NCBI GenBank assembly: GCA_016201505.1
Contig: JACQCQ010000002.1
Coordinates: 12,750 to 76,749 of the forward strand
Origin: Candidatus Sungiibacteriota bacterium
GTDB lineage: Bacteria > Patescibacteriota > Minisyncoccia > Sungbacterales > JACQCQ01
DNA: 64,000 nucleotides
Reading direction: 5' to 3'
The translations under genes and the position numbers were made by a program. This document shows positions 1 through 7,924 of the stretch, piece after piece; position 1 is the stretch's first letter, and each line of letters opens with the position of its first letter. The notes below the pieces were generated by a model. That model was not told the origin of the DNA. It was given only the letters and a program-made list of their open reading frames with translations, and did not search any database.

Positions 1-129
1 CAGGTGGCGTACTCCGGCATCAAGCGGATTTACTTCCGCGATGGCTACTCGCGCACCGATGGCCAAGAAGTCTTGAGAGCCAAAGGAGTTGCCATCATCC
101 GCGTAGATATAGAAAGACCCCGGCGCTGA
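1..129 (+). CDS. 3' fragment of a cytidine/deoxycytidylate deaminase-family protein (5' end cut by window edge)
   Basis: Open frame from position 1 to TGA at 127-129. Translation ...QVAYSGIKRIYFRDGYSRTDGQEVLRAKGVAIIRVDI resembles C-termini of dCMP/CMP deaminases. Converges on the thyA-folA pair, consistent with a dTMP-synthesis cluster. Confidence 0.3.
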   Translation, partial: QVAYSGIKRIYFRDGYSRTDGQEVLRAKGVAIIRVDIERPRR

Positions 130-164
130 TCTCGGTTCATCCGAGTATCAGTGCCGGGGCTGTT

Positions 165-1115
165 TTACTTTTTAGCGGGTTTTGGCCCCATGGGAAATCG
201 CACCCGCTCGTAGTCTTCCTTGGTGGTATCAGGGTCAGCCACGATGATGTGAAAGTGGAAGTGGCGGACGGAGGCGCCTGTCAGCGCCGTCTCACCTGAT
301 CGAGCGCCAGTTGAGTAGGCCTTGAGGCCATAGTGCTTCTTGGCCCACCGGAGCATCTCGAGACGCTCGCCAGTTTCTTCGTCTGTAAGCTCGTCTTCGA
401 ACTCGATGTGGCGGTTCGGGATGGCGAGCAGATGAAGGATTGTGAACTTGTACGGCCAGCGGTTGGTCCCCAACCGCCAGTGCTCGCTTTTCCAAACTGG
501 TTCCATCAACTCACCTTCTATCTGATGATCTGGGCAGAAGTTGCAGACGCCTCGATCGGTGAGCTTCTGCATGATGGCGCGCTGGTCGTCGTAGCGCGTG
601 TTTTCGAAGTTGTAGTTCGCGTTGACTCGCTCGTAGATCTCGAAGCGAGAGCGAATCTCGTTTTCCTCGCTGGCGGGGCAGCTTTCCATGTGAGTCGCTT
701 TCCACGCGGACTTATCCCAGTCGGAGAACTTCACATCGCCTTCGCAGTATGCCTCGACATGCGTGATGTAGAGCTTGTCGGCGCGGGGCAGCGCTTCTCG
801 ATATAACTCCGCGCCGCCGATGATGAAGACTTCATCATTGTTCTGGGTACGGGTGAGCGCCTCCTCGAGTGAGTGCGTTACTTCGCACTCGGAGGTGTAC
901 CCCTGATCACGAGTCACGACGATCGTGCGGCGACCTTCGAGCGGATGCCCGAGGCGCCTCAGGATCGATTCGTGAGTCTTACGACCGACGATGACAGTTT
1001 TTCCCATCGTCAACTGCCTGAAGCGTTTCAAGTCGGAGGAGAGCCTCCAGGGAAGCTCTCCATTTCGACCTATGACGCCGTTCTCGGCGACAGCCGCGAT
1101 GATTGAGATTTTCAT
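165..1115 (-). CDS. folA: Dihydrofolate reductase fused to a C-terminal HIT-like (histidine-triad) domain
   Basis: N-terminal 165 aa (MKISIIAAVAENGVIGRNGELPWRL...GGAELY) is canonical DHFR. C-terminal 150 aa carries the CxxC-type motif (CNFCPDH) and the HxHxHxx triad (HFHFHII) of HIT hydrolases. Start overlaps the thyA stop by 4 nt (ATGA), as in thyA-folA operons. Confidence 0.8.
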   Translation of the reverse strand: MKISIIAAVAENGVIGRNGELPWRLSSDLKRFRQLTMGKTVIVGRKTHESILRRLGHPLEGRRTIVVTRDQGYTSECEVTHSLEEALTRTQNNDEVFIIGGAELYREALPRADKLYITHVEAYCEGDVKFSDWDKSAWKATHMESCPASEENEIRSRFEIYERVNANYNFENTRYDDQRAIMQKLTDRGVCNFCPDHQIEGELMEPVWKSEHWRLGTNRWPYKFTILHLLAIPNRHIEFEDELTDEETGERLEMLRWAKKHYGLKAYSTGARSGETALTGASVRHFHFHIIVADPDTTKEDYERVRFPMGPKPAKK

Positions 1116-2044
1116 ACTGGCGTCTTGATCCTCCTTCGTCCCAGTTGAGCATGGTAGTCCTCGACATGGAAGTGATGTGGCCGGAATGCGAAGAGATCCT
1201 TCACATCTGGATCGAGTGTCACGGTTGGGAGCCGCTGCGGCTCAGTCTCGAGCATGTCGCGGACGTCAGCCCGCTGATCGTTCGGCCCTCCAGCGTAGAT
1301 GTGGGTGTCCGAGGTCTGAAAAACGAGTTCAGTCGCGCGATAGCCGAAGACCTGCGCGAGCATCATAGTGAGAGCCGCGTACTGGATCAGGTTGAAGACA
1401 AGACCAACGGGTGCGTCGGCGCTTCGTTGCCAGTGTAGCAGTGAGAGCTCTCCGTCTTTGGCATCGACGAAGATGTGAACAAGTCCATGACATGGAACAA
1501 CAACGACCTTCTGCTCTTTCCCTTTGCCGCGGCCGATGTATTGCGGGATGAATGGAGTCACGATGTGCGTCCGCAGGTGTGGCAACTCCGCCATTTGCTC
1601 GAGCACGTGTTTCCACTGATCGAATGGCGCGCCGTACATAGTAGGGAACGCTCTCCATGCAGCCCCATACGAGCCAGGTCCGAGGTCACCCGTTTCGAGT
1701 CCGCGCTTCTTGCACTTTTCCTCTGTAACCCAAGGCGCCCACCAGCCACAGCCGAAATTTTTCATCTCGTCGAGGGTGCGCGCCCCATTGAGAAACGCAC
1801 AGAGTTCGGCGATAGCCATTTCGAATTGAGACTTGCCGATTTTTCCCGGGTCAAGAAGGTCCCGTTCCGTGATCACCGGGAATCCATTGGAGAAATCAAA
1901 GCGCATCTCATTGCCGATGATGCGCAGTGCTCCCTCTCCCATTTGGGTTTCGGTCACGAACTTGCCGGACTCGATGATCTTTTGAATCAGGTTTCGGTAC
2001 TGTCGATCGGGCTCGCGATCACCGTAGGACACGTATCTGACCAT
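1112..2044 (-). CDS. thyA: Thymidylate synthase (ThyA type, 310 aa with insertions)
   Basis: Aligns block by block with E. coli ThyA: GNEMRFDFSNGFPVIT, GDLGPGSYGAAWRAFP, the catalytic PCH in VVPCHGLVHIFV, QRSADAPVGLVFNLIQYA and SDTHIY. Confidence 0.9.
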   Translation of the reverse strand: MVRYVSYGDREPDRQYRNLIQKIIESGKFVTETQMGEGALRIIGNEMRFDFSNGFPVITERDLLDPGKIGKSQFEMAIAELCAFLNGARTLDEMKNFGCGWWAPWVTEEKCKKRGLETGDLGPGSYGAAWRAFPTMYGAPFDQWKHVLEQMAELPHLRTHIVTPFIPQYIGRGKGKEQKVVVVPCHGLVHIFVDAKDGELSLLHWQRSADAPVGLVFNLIQYAALTMMLAQVFGYRATELVFQTSDTHIYAGGPNDQRADVRDMLETEPQRLPTVTLDPDVKDLFAFRPHHFHVEDYHAQLGRRRIKTPV

Positions 2045-2207
2045 TCTGTTTTCCCCTTATTCTGTTGGTAGTGAACTAAAACTGTGGTGGCATCGTATCA
2101 ACCGTTGCAGGATGCGTCAATTCGTATATTTTTGCTACAATGCTTACATATTTATTGTATGGAATACGAACCGGTGATTGGGATTGTCCCGATTTGTCAA
2201 TTTTGAA

Positions 2208-2489
2208 ATGCCTTACGTTTATATACTAATTTCTAAGAAAGACAGAAGATATTACGTTGGGTCTACAACTGACTTAGATCTAAGATTAAAAATGCATAAT
2301 TCTGGTACAGTGACCTCAACTCGATTTTATAGACCCTGGCAGCTTTTTTATTCTGAACAATTTGATACATTGGGCGAAGCAGTCAGTCGAGAAAGGAAAA
2401 TTAAATCTTGGAAAAAACGAACCGCCATTGAACGATTAGTAAATGGCATTTCAAAATTTGAAACAAATCGAGGATCCTCGACCGATTAA
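2208..2489 (+). CDS. Small GIY-YIG nuclease-family protein (UPF0213/COG2827-like), copy 1
   Basis: MPYVYILISKKDRRYYVGSTTDLDLRLKMHNSG...SRERKIKSWKK matches the GIY-YIG (YVYIL...YVG.T.DL..RL..HN.G) pattern. ATG at 2208 lies inside a terminal inverted repeat. Confidence 0.75.
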   Translation: MPYVYILISKKDRRYYVGSTTDLDLRLKMHNSGTVTSTRFYRPWQLFYSEQFDTLGEAVSRERKIKSWKKRTAIERLVNGISKFETNRGSSTD

Positions 2490-2498
2490 AATCGGTCG
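2479..2498 (+). terminator. 8-bp stem hairpin (CGACCGAT taaa ATCGGTCG) across the GIY-YIG stop, just upstream of gatB
   Basis: Perfect inverted repeat seen directly. No clear T-tract, so the function is uncertain. Confidence 0.3.
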
Positions 2499-2516
2499 GG
2501 AAAGTACACACCGAGT

Positions 2517-4025
2517 ATGGATTATGAAGCTGTTATAGGTATAGAGTGTCACGTCGAACTCAAAACGCGGACGAAGATGTTCTGCGACTCTTTAAATGAT
2601 CCCGATGAGAAGCATCCGAATGTGAACGTCTGTCCGATCTGCCTGGGGCATCCCGGCACATTGCCGACGATCAATAAAGCCGCGGTTGAGAAAGTTATTC
2701 TCGTTGGGCTCGCCCTGCATGCCGAAATTCCTGAATACTCGCAGTTTGATCGCAAAAATTATTTTTATCCTGATTTGCCGAAGGGCTATCAGATTTCCCA
2801 GTATGAGCATCCCTTGGTCAAAGGCGGCTATCTTGAATTTAAATCGGCTGACGGCGCGGTGCGGCACATTCGCATCACGCGGGTTCATTTGGAAGAAGAC
2901 ACCGGACGGCTGATGCACCAGGGTAGTCCCTCGACAAGCTCGGGACGACCAACTTCGTTGGTCGATTTCAACCGTGCCGGGATACCCCTGATGGAACTTG
3001 TCACCGAGCCGGATGTGAGAAGCGCGGAAGAAGCGCGCAGATTCGGCGAAGAGCTGCAGCTTATTATTCGGTACACGGGCGCTTCCGATGCGGATATGGA
3101 AAAGGGGCAGATGCGGGTTGAAGCCAACGTCTCGATCAGGCCCAAAGGCTCAAAGGAACTCGGCACTAAAGTCGAATTAAAAAATATCAATTCATTTCGC
3201 TTTGTCGAAAAGGCGGTGCTCTATGAGATCGCGCGTCAGACAAAACTTTTAGAAGAAGGCGGCAAGGTGATTCAGGAGACGCGCGGCTGGGATTCCGTGA
3301 GGGAAGTGACATTTTCACAGCGTATAAAAGAGGGCGCGACGGACTATCGCTACTTTCCCGAGCCCGATTTGCCGCCGCTTCTCGTTGATCAGAAGTGGCT
3401 CGCATCCATCCGTGCCAAATTAACTGAACTGCCCTGGCAGAAGCGGGTTCGGTTTGCCAGCGAATATGGACTGGATGATGCAACCAGCGAAGTTTTTATT
3501 CGCGAACCGAAATTAGCCGAGTTTTTTGAGGAGGTGGTTTCTGAACTAGAGGAATGGATCGCTTCGATGGGGGACAGAGTCATTAAATCAAAGGCCATAA
3601 AACTTGCCTCCAACTATATTACGAGCGACCTGCAGAAATTGCGGAACGAAACTGGCGCTCTCGTCGACGAGATGAACATTACCGCCGAGAATTTCGCGGA
3701 ACTCATGGCGCTGGTCTACGAAAATAAAATTTCATCGGCGGCGGCCAAACAAGTCTTGGGTGAAATGTTTAAAACCGGCGGCGACCCAGCGCAGATTATC
3801 GAGACCAAGAATTTAACTCAGGAAAGCGGCGAGTCGGCACTCCAGAATACAGTTCTCGAATTGATTGATGCGCATAAAGATATTGCCGAGCAAGTAAGAA
3901 GCGGCAAAAATCCGAACGCGATCCAGGCGCTGATTGGCGCCGGCATGAAAAAGACCCAAGGCAAAGCCAACCCGGCGGTGCTGCGGAGACTGTTTGAAGA
4001 GAATTTGAATTTGAAAAGAATTTGA
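2517..4025 (+). CDS. gatB: Asp/Glu-tRNA(Asn/Gln) amidotransferase subunit B
   Basis: MDYEAVIGIECHVELKTRTKMFC... is the canonical GatB N-terminus. Full-length 502-aa ORF. Confidence 0.95.
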   Translation: MDYEAVIGIECHVELKTRTKMFCDSLNDPDEKHPNVNVCPICLGHPGTLPTINKAAVEKVILVGLALHAEIPEYSQFDRKNYFYPDLPKGYQISQYEHPLVKGGYLEFKSADGAVRHIRITRVHLEEDTGRLMHQGSPSTSSGRPTSLVDFNRAGIPLMELVTEPDVRSAEEARRFGEELQLIIRYTGASDADMEKGQMRVEANVSIRPKGSKELGTKVELKNINSFRFVEKAVLYEIARQTKLLEEGGKVIQETRGWDSVREVTFSQRIKEGATDYRYFPEPDLPPLLVDQKWLASIRAKLTELPWQKRVRFASEYGLDDATSEVFIREPKLAEFFEEVVSELEEWIASMGDRVIKSKAIKLASNYITSDLQKLRNETGALVDEMNITAENFAELMALVYENKISSAAAKQVLGEMFKTGGDPAQIIETKNLTQESGESALQNTVLELIDAHKDIAEQVRSGKNPNAIQALIGAGMKKTQGKANPAVLRRLFEENLNLKRI

Positions 4026-4045
4026 AACAGAAGAAGGTTTGTCCG

Positions 4046-4087
4046 CATCTACTCTATCGTACGCTATAGCGTACGATAGAGTAGATG
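4046..4087. terminator. 19-bp perfect palindrome (CATCTACTCTATCGTACGC tata GCGTACGATAGAGTAGATG) 20 nt after the gatB stop
   Basis: Seen directly. No T-tract follows, so it could be a terminator, an RNA processing site or a protein-binding site. Confidence 0.35.
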
Positions 4088-4161
4088 GACGCACAGAGAA
4101 CGCCGGCGGAATGAGCGAAATGATTTAAAGAAAATTTGAAAAATGGTCAGAATTTTTTAAA

Positions 4162-4205
4162 GCGAATGTAATTTAGTGGCAGAATTCTTGCTTCCCAAGC
4201 CCCGT
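4162..4205 (+). repeat. Degenerate partial copy of the tRNA-Gly 5' half (D-arm and anticodon arm)
   Basis: gtaatttAGTGGCAGaattcTTGCTTCCCAAGC compared with tRNA-Gly gtagtatAGTGGCAGtacatTAGCTTCCCAAGC. The anticodon stem is disrupted and there is no T-arm. Confidence 0.5.
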
Positions 4206-4229
4206 ACCGTAATCTAAAACGCGCTTTGC

Positions 4230-4300
4230 GCGAGAGTAGTATAGTGGCAGTACATTAGCTTCCCAAGCTAATAGCAGGGGTTCGATTCCCCTTTCTCGCA
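4230..4300 (+). tRNA. tRNA-Gly (anticodon CCC)
   Basis: Manual fold: acceptor GCGAGAG/TTCTCGC with a G.U pair, D-arm, anticodon stem TTAGC/GCTAA with loop TTCCCAA (U33, anticodon CCC, A37), T-arm AGGGG-TTCGATT-CCCCT, discriminator A. No encoded CCA. Confidence 0.7.
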
Positions 4301-4318
4301 TTTAATTTTGTAGATTTT

Positions 4319-4414
4319 GGTCACGGGGCAAGCCAGGAGCCTGGGTTCGATTCCCGCCTTCGCATTGGTGTGAGGGCAAGCCATAGGCGCGGTTTCGATT
4401 ACCGCTGGCCGCAC
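4319..4414 (+). repeat. Two tandem tRNA 3'-half-like units (variable region + T-arm + acceptor 3' strand, each ending CGCA)
   Basis: Unit A is ...GGGCAAGCCAGGAGCCTGGGTTCGATTCCCGCCTTCGCA. Unit B is ...GGGCAAGCCATAGGCGCGGTTTCGATTACCGCTGGCCGCA and has a perfect T-arm GCGGT-TTCGATT-ACCGC. No matching 5' halves were found. Confidence 0.5.
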
Positions 4415-4465
4415 TGTTGATAGTTATGTCGTTTTTAAAAGATCTTTTATTTATAATTAATATCA

Positions 4466-4888
4466 ATGCTCACTTCACTCGAACGAGAAGCGCGCAGAAA
4501 CGAGAATTACTTTGTTGACCTCTTGCGCGTGGGACTCGGGCTTACGTTTTTCTGGTTCGGCGGCTTAAAATTTTTAGGTTATAACCCCGTCTATCAAATT
4601 GTCCACGCAACCTATCCGCTGCTTGCCACCACGAACGGCAATCTCATTTTGGGGATGCTGGAAACCTTAATCGGCGTGGGGCTTCTGGCCAATGTCTATC
4701 GCGCGACAACGCACGTGGCGCTCGTGCTTCATTTATCGAGTACATTTCTAACATTTTTTATTGCCCCCTCGATTATGTTCTCGCCGCATTTTACGATTTT
4801 GACACTGGCCGGCGAATTTATTTTCAAGAATGTCATTCTGGTTACGGCCGGGCTCGTTGTCTTTGGCTATTACGAACGGAGGGATTAA
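4466..4888 (+). CDS. Small integral membrane protein (about 4 TM, DoxX-like), hypothetical
   Basis: 140-aa ORF with hydrophobic segments. A strong terminator follows. Confidence 0.45.
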   Translation: MLTSLEREARRNENYFVDLLRVGLGLTFFWFGGLKFLGYNPVYQIVHATYPLLATTNGNLILGMLETLIGVGLLANVYRATTHVALVLHLSSTFLTFFIAPSIMFSPHFTILTLAGEFIFKNVILVTAGLVVFGYYERRD

Positions 4889-4905
4889 TTAAAACCTGAG
4901 GAATC

Positions 4906-4940
4906 AAACGCGCCCTTTACGAAGGGCGCGTTTTCATATA
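4906..4940 (+). terminator. Rho-independent terminator (AAACGCGCCCTT tacg AAGGGCGCGTTT + T-tract)
   Basis: 12-bp GC-rich stem followed by TTTTCATAT. Confidence 0.6.
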
Positions 4941-4979
4941 TTTCTGCCTTAGGTCTTCCCACACAAGAGGAGGCAAGAG

Positions 4980-6131
4980 ATGGTTTGGGTGACGATCCTC
5001 ATCGTGGTTTTCGCACTCTTCTCCACTGCATCTGCTGAGCCGCAAGAGGTTCACGCACTCTATCTTCCCGGCAAGTTCCTCTGTAGTCAGGTCGTCGTAG
5101 CGGACGTGAAGTCGCATGTCGAATCGGGCGCGGCTAATGCCGTGGTGATCGATCTCCGCGACAACGGAACTTTTTTCAACCACTGTATGAGTGAGGTTAC
5201 GGGGTGGTTGAAAGATCACAATGTCTATCTCATTGGACGCATCGTGGTCGGGCAGGACTCAATCATCGCTGATGCTCGCCGCGACATGGCGGTTCATGTA
5301 GCCGATCAACAGATCGCGCTCGAGAGAGTTTTGCAGAGTATCGATCGCATGGTTGAGCGAACACCCGAAGTAAAGAAGGCGGCTCTTCTTAAAACAAAGC
5401 TCGAAGCTCTTGACCGCTGGTACGGCGATGGCCGCAAAAAACCACTCTGGTTTTCCGGCGCGCTGGAACGGCATCGCTACTGGCTCGATCCCGCCTCACC
5501 GGATCTCGCGCGTCTTACCTCTGGAGTTGCCGAATGGGCTTCAACCCTCGGATTTGCCGAGATCAACTTGGACTACATTCGCTTCCCGACAGACGGGGAT
5601 ATGCAGAACATGCGCTATCCCTTCTGGAACGGTGAGCAGTCGAAGTACGAGGTGATAGGACGTTTCGCTTCTTCGGTTGTCGAAGACATCAAGCGGCGAG
5701 TTCCGGGGATGAAGGTCTCGGCTGATATCTTCGGGATCGTCTGCGTAAATGGAGCAGAGTCCTCAACAGGCCAGCGGGTGAAAGATTTTACGGTCTTTGA
5801 CTACCTTGCCTGCATGGGATATGCCTCGCACTTTCGTTGCGGCGACTTCGGGTTTTCCGATCCTAACCAGAAGCCCTATGAAGTGACGAAGACCGTTGCT
5901 TTGGGTCTTGCGCGGCATCTCGCCGGCGTGACAAAAAAGCCCTTTATACGTCCCTGGATCGAGGGTTTTACCATTCCCTCGATCTACCAATGCAGCACCT
6001 GGCGGCCGCCGAGTGCCAAGGAACGCTTCCGCCAGCAAATTCGGGCCCTCGCAGAGCACGGCATCAAAAGCTGGATGATCTGGAACACGGCGGATGAACC
6101 AAAGCCTCTCTATGAGAAGATATTTCGGTAG
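4980..6131 (+). CDS. Secreted putative glycoside-hydrolase-like TIM-barrel protein (DUF4015/GHL-like), paralog 1
   Basis: N-terminal signal or TM segment. Shares the motif INLDYIRFPTDGD (IQYDYVRFPSDGD in the paralog) and overall colinearity with the next gene. The family assignment is from memory of DUF4015-type proteins. Confidence 0.4.
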   Translation: MVWVTILIVVFALFSTASAEPQEVHALYLPGKFLCSQVVVADVKSHVESGAANAVVIDLRDNGTFFNHCMSEVTGWLKDHNVYLIGRIVVGQDSIIADARRDMAVHVADQQIALERVLQSIDRMVERTPEVKKAALLKTKLEALDRWYGDGRKKPLWFSGALERHRYWLDPASPDLARLTSGVAEWASTLGFAEINLDYIRFPTDGDMQNMRYPFWNGEQSKYEVIGRFASSVVEDIKRRVPGMKVSADIFGIVCVNGAESSTGQRVKDFTVFDYLACMGYASHFRCGDFGFSDPNQKPYEVTKTVALGLARHLAGVTKKPFIRPWIEGFTIPSIYQCSTWRPPSAKERFRQQIRALAEHGIKSWMIWNTADEPKPLYEKIFR

Positions 6132-6139
6132 CTCCCGCA

Positions 6140-6195
6140 AGCCCATCCCGATTCCGCCATAGGCAAAATCGGGATGGGCTCTTTCTTATTTCTTC
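6140..6195 (+). terminator. Hairpin (14-bp stem AGCCCATCCCGATT / AATCGGGATGGGCT) followed by a T-rich tract
   Basis: Seen directly after the stop of the 4980..6131 gene. Confidence 0.5.
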
Positions 6196-6222
6196 CCATT
6201 TTCTAGGCTATGATGGAAGCCG

Positions 6223-7473
6223 ATGCAGAAAAAGATTGCCATTTCGATTCTAATGCTCGCCGTTCTCTTCGGCGGCTATTTAATTTTTGAACTGGTCCGT
6301 CCGCCGGCAGAGCTGATTTTGCAGGGCGGGCCTAAAAAAAATCAAAATCAACCAAGCTCACAAAAAACTCTAAAGGAACGGATCCGGGACGCCGCCATGC
6401 GCTCGCAGAATGTGAAGGGCGTCTATGTGACAGCCGCGGTGGCGAACGATCAGGGCCGTCCGGCGACGAATCTGCGCAACTCAATTCTCGAAATTCTTAG
6501 CACGACAGAAATTAACGCCGTGGTGATTGACGTAAAAGAAACTCCCGGCGGTCAAATCACCGATCATTTAAAACCCTTTGTGGATGAATTAAAATCGCGC
6601 GGCGTCTGGACCATCGCGCGCATGGCGACGTTTCGCGATAATTCGCAAGTCACGGCGCATCCCGATTATTATGTAAAACGGCCTGATGGCGGCATCTGGC
6701 GCGACAATAAAGGCAACGCCTGGCTGGATCCGATGAGCGAAGGGACACGCGCCTACATGCTCTCATTCGCTAAAAATGTGGCCGACATCGGGTTTGATGA
6801 GATTCAATATGATTATGTTCGTTTTCCTTCTGATGGCGACACCCGAGACATCGTTTACCCCGCGTATCAGGCGAGTAGTATGCCGAAGTACCTGGCCATC
6901 AAAGATTATTTGTCTTTCATACATGACAATCTAAAAGCCTATAAACCTGAATTGATTCTCTCCGCTGATTTATTTGGCTATGTCGCCACCGAAACAGAAG
7001 ATCTAGGCATCGGCCAGCGGCTGATTGATGTGGCTTCGAATGTTGATTTTATTTCTTTGATGCTCTATCCCAGTCATTTTTATGCTGGCTTTGATGTTCC
7101 GGCTGATTCATTGAGAAATTTAGCTGCCGCCTCGTTGCCCTACCGGGGCGCCAGTACGACCTCGCTCGTTTCAGCCAATCCGTATGCCGTTGTCTATCAC
7201 TCATTGCTGGTGGCGCATGATGCCCTGCTCGGCCGCGTGCCGCATGGCACGACGACGCCGAACCCCGCTATTGTAAATGAAAATCCAGCCGTAAAATTCC
7301 GTCCCTGGCTGCAGGATTTTGATCTCGGCGTTGATACTTCAAGAGGGATTTATTATGATGCCAAAGCCGTGAGAGCCCAGATTGACGCCGCCGAGCATGC
7401 CGGCGCCTCCGGCTGGCTTTTGTGGAGCCCGACGAATACCTACACTGAAGCCGCGTTAAGGCCGAAGTCGTGA
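6223..7473 (+). CDS. Secreted putative glycoside-hydrolase-like TIM-barrel protein (DUF4015/GHL-like), paralog 2
   Basis: N-terminal TM or signal (MQKKIAISILMLAVLFGGYLIF). Motifs YDYVRFPSDGD and ...GWLLWSPTNTY are shared with the paralog. Confidence 0.4.
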   Translation: MQKKIAISILMLAVLFGGYLIFELVRPPAELILQGGPKKNQNQPSSQKTLKERIRDAAMRSQNVKGVYVTAAVANDQGRPATNLRNSILEILSTTEINAVVIDVKETPGGQITDHLKPFVDELKSRGVWTIARMATFRDNSQVTAHPDYYVKRPDGGIWRDNKGNAWLDPMSEGTRAYMLSFAKNVADIGFDEIQYDYVRFPSDGDTRDIVYPAYQASSMPKYLAIKDYLSFIHDNLKAYKPELILSADLFGYVATETEDLGIGQRLIDVASNVDFISLMLYPSHFYAGFDVPADSLRNLAAASLPYRGASTTSLVSANPYAVVYHSLLVAHDALLGRVPHGTTTPNPAIVNENPAVKFRPWLQDFDLGVDTSRGIYYDAKAVRAQIDAAEHAGASGWLLWSPTNTYTEAALRPKS

Positions 7474-7490
7474 TGGAGAGGAGATCATAA

Positions 7491-7898
7491 ATGGCCGACG
7501 CATGGAGCGAAGCGAAGGTAATGGCGACACGGTGTCAGGCGCTCCTCCTGCTCGCGCTGGATCCGCGTGAGCGGGGATGGCAGAAGGTCGGGAGCGACTT
7601 TCTGGTGCGGGTGATTGCAGGCCGTGGCGACATCTGGTTCCGGCACATCCCCGCTGATCGAGAGTCGAGGGCTCACTTCCTCGAGAATACCTTCTCCCAG
7701 CTCTGCCTCCTGCGTCATGAGGAGCACCAGGAAGTTCTCACCGCCGAGTCGGTAAGCGTATGGCGCTGCTATTATTGCCGGCCGCCGGTGATCACTGTTC
7801 TCAAAAAAGCAGGCGAGGGCGAGCGGCTTTTGGGCGAGACGGGTTTAAAAGAATTCGCTCGGGAGTGTGAGTCTCGGTTTGCTCCGGCAGGCCGCTAG
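7491..7898 (+). CDS. Hypothetical protein encoded in a GC-rich islet
   Basis: 135-aa ORF. Its strand is supported by a downstream terminator on the + strand. Local GC is visibly higher than in neighbouring genes. An alternative antisense ORF at 7485..7727 is considered less likely. Confidence 0.4.
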   Translation: MADAWSEAKVMATRCQALLLLALDPRERGWQKVGSDFLVRVIAGRGDIWFRHIPADRESRAHFLENTFSQLCLLRHEEHQEVLTAESVSVWRCYYCRPPVITVLKKAGEGERLLGETGLKEFARECESRFAPAGR

Positions 7899-7924
7899 CG
7901 CGGCCTGCCGGAGGCACATTTTTC
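7884..7924 (+). terminator. Rho-independent terminator (CCGGCAGGCCGC tagc GCGGCCTGCCGG + TTTTT)
   Basis: 12-bp perfect stem overlapping the stop codon, with a T-tract at 7918-7924. Confidence 0.55.

Noticed and set aside
292-1438. Multiple six-frame ORFs antisense to or overlapping folA/thyA (292..495, 333..806, 511..705, 873..1106, 979..1167, 1103..1438, 1329..1658, 1475..2071)
   Set aside because: They are embedded in, or antisense to, confidently identified DHFR and ThyA genes in a GC-rich region where spurious long ORFs are expected. None has a recognisable motif.
7485-7727. Minus-strand ORF 7485..7727 and 11495..11887 as the real genes of the GC-rich islets
   Set aside because: Rho-independent terminators with T-tracts lie downstream on the + strand, supporting the + strand ORFs.
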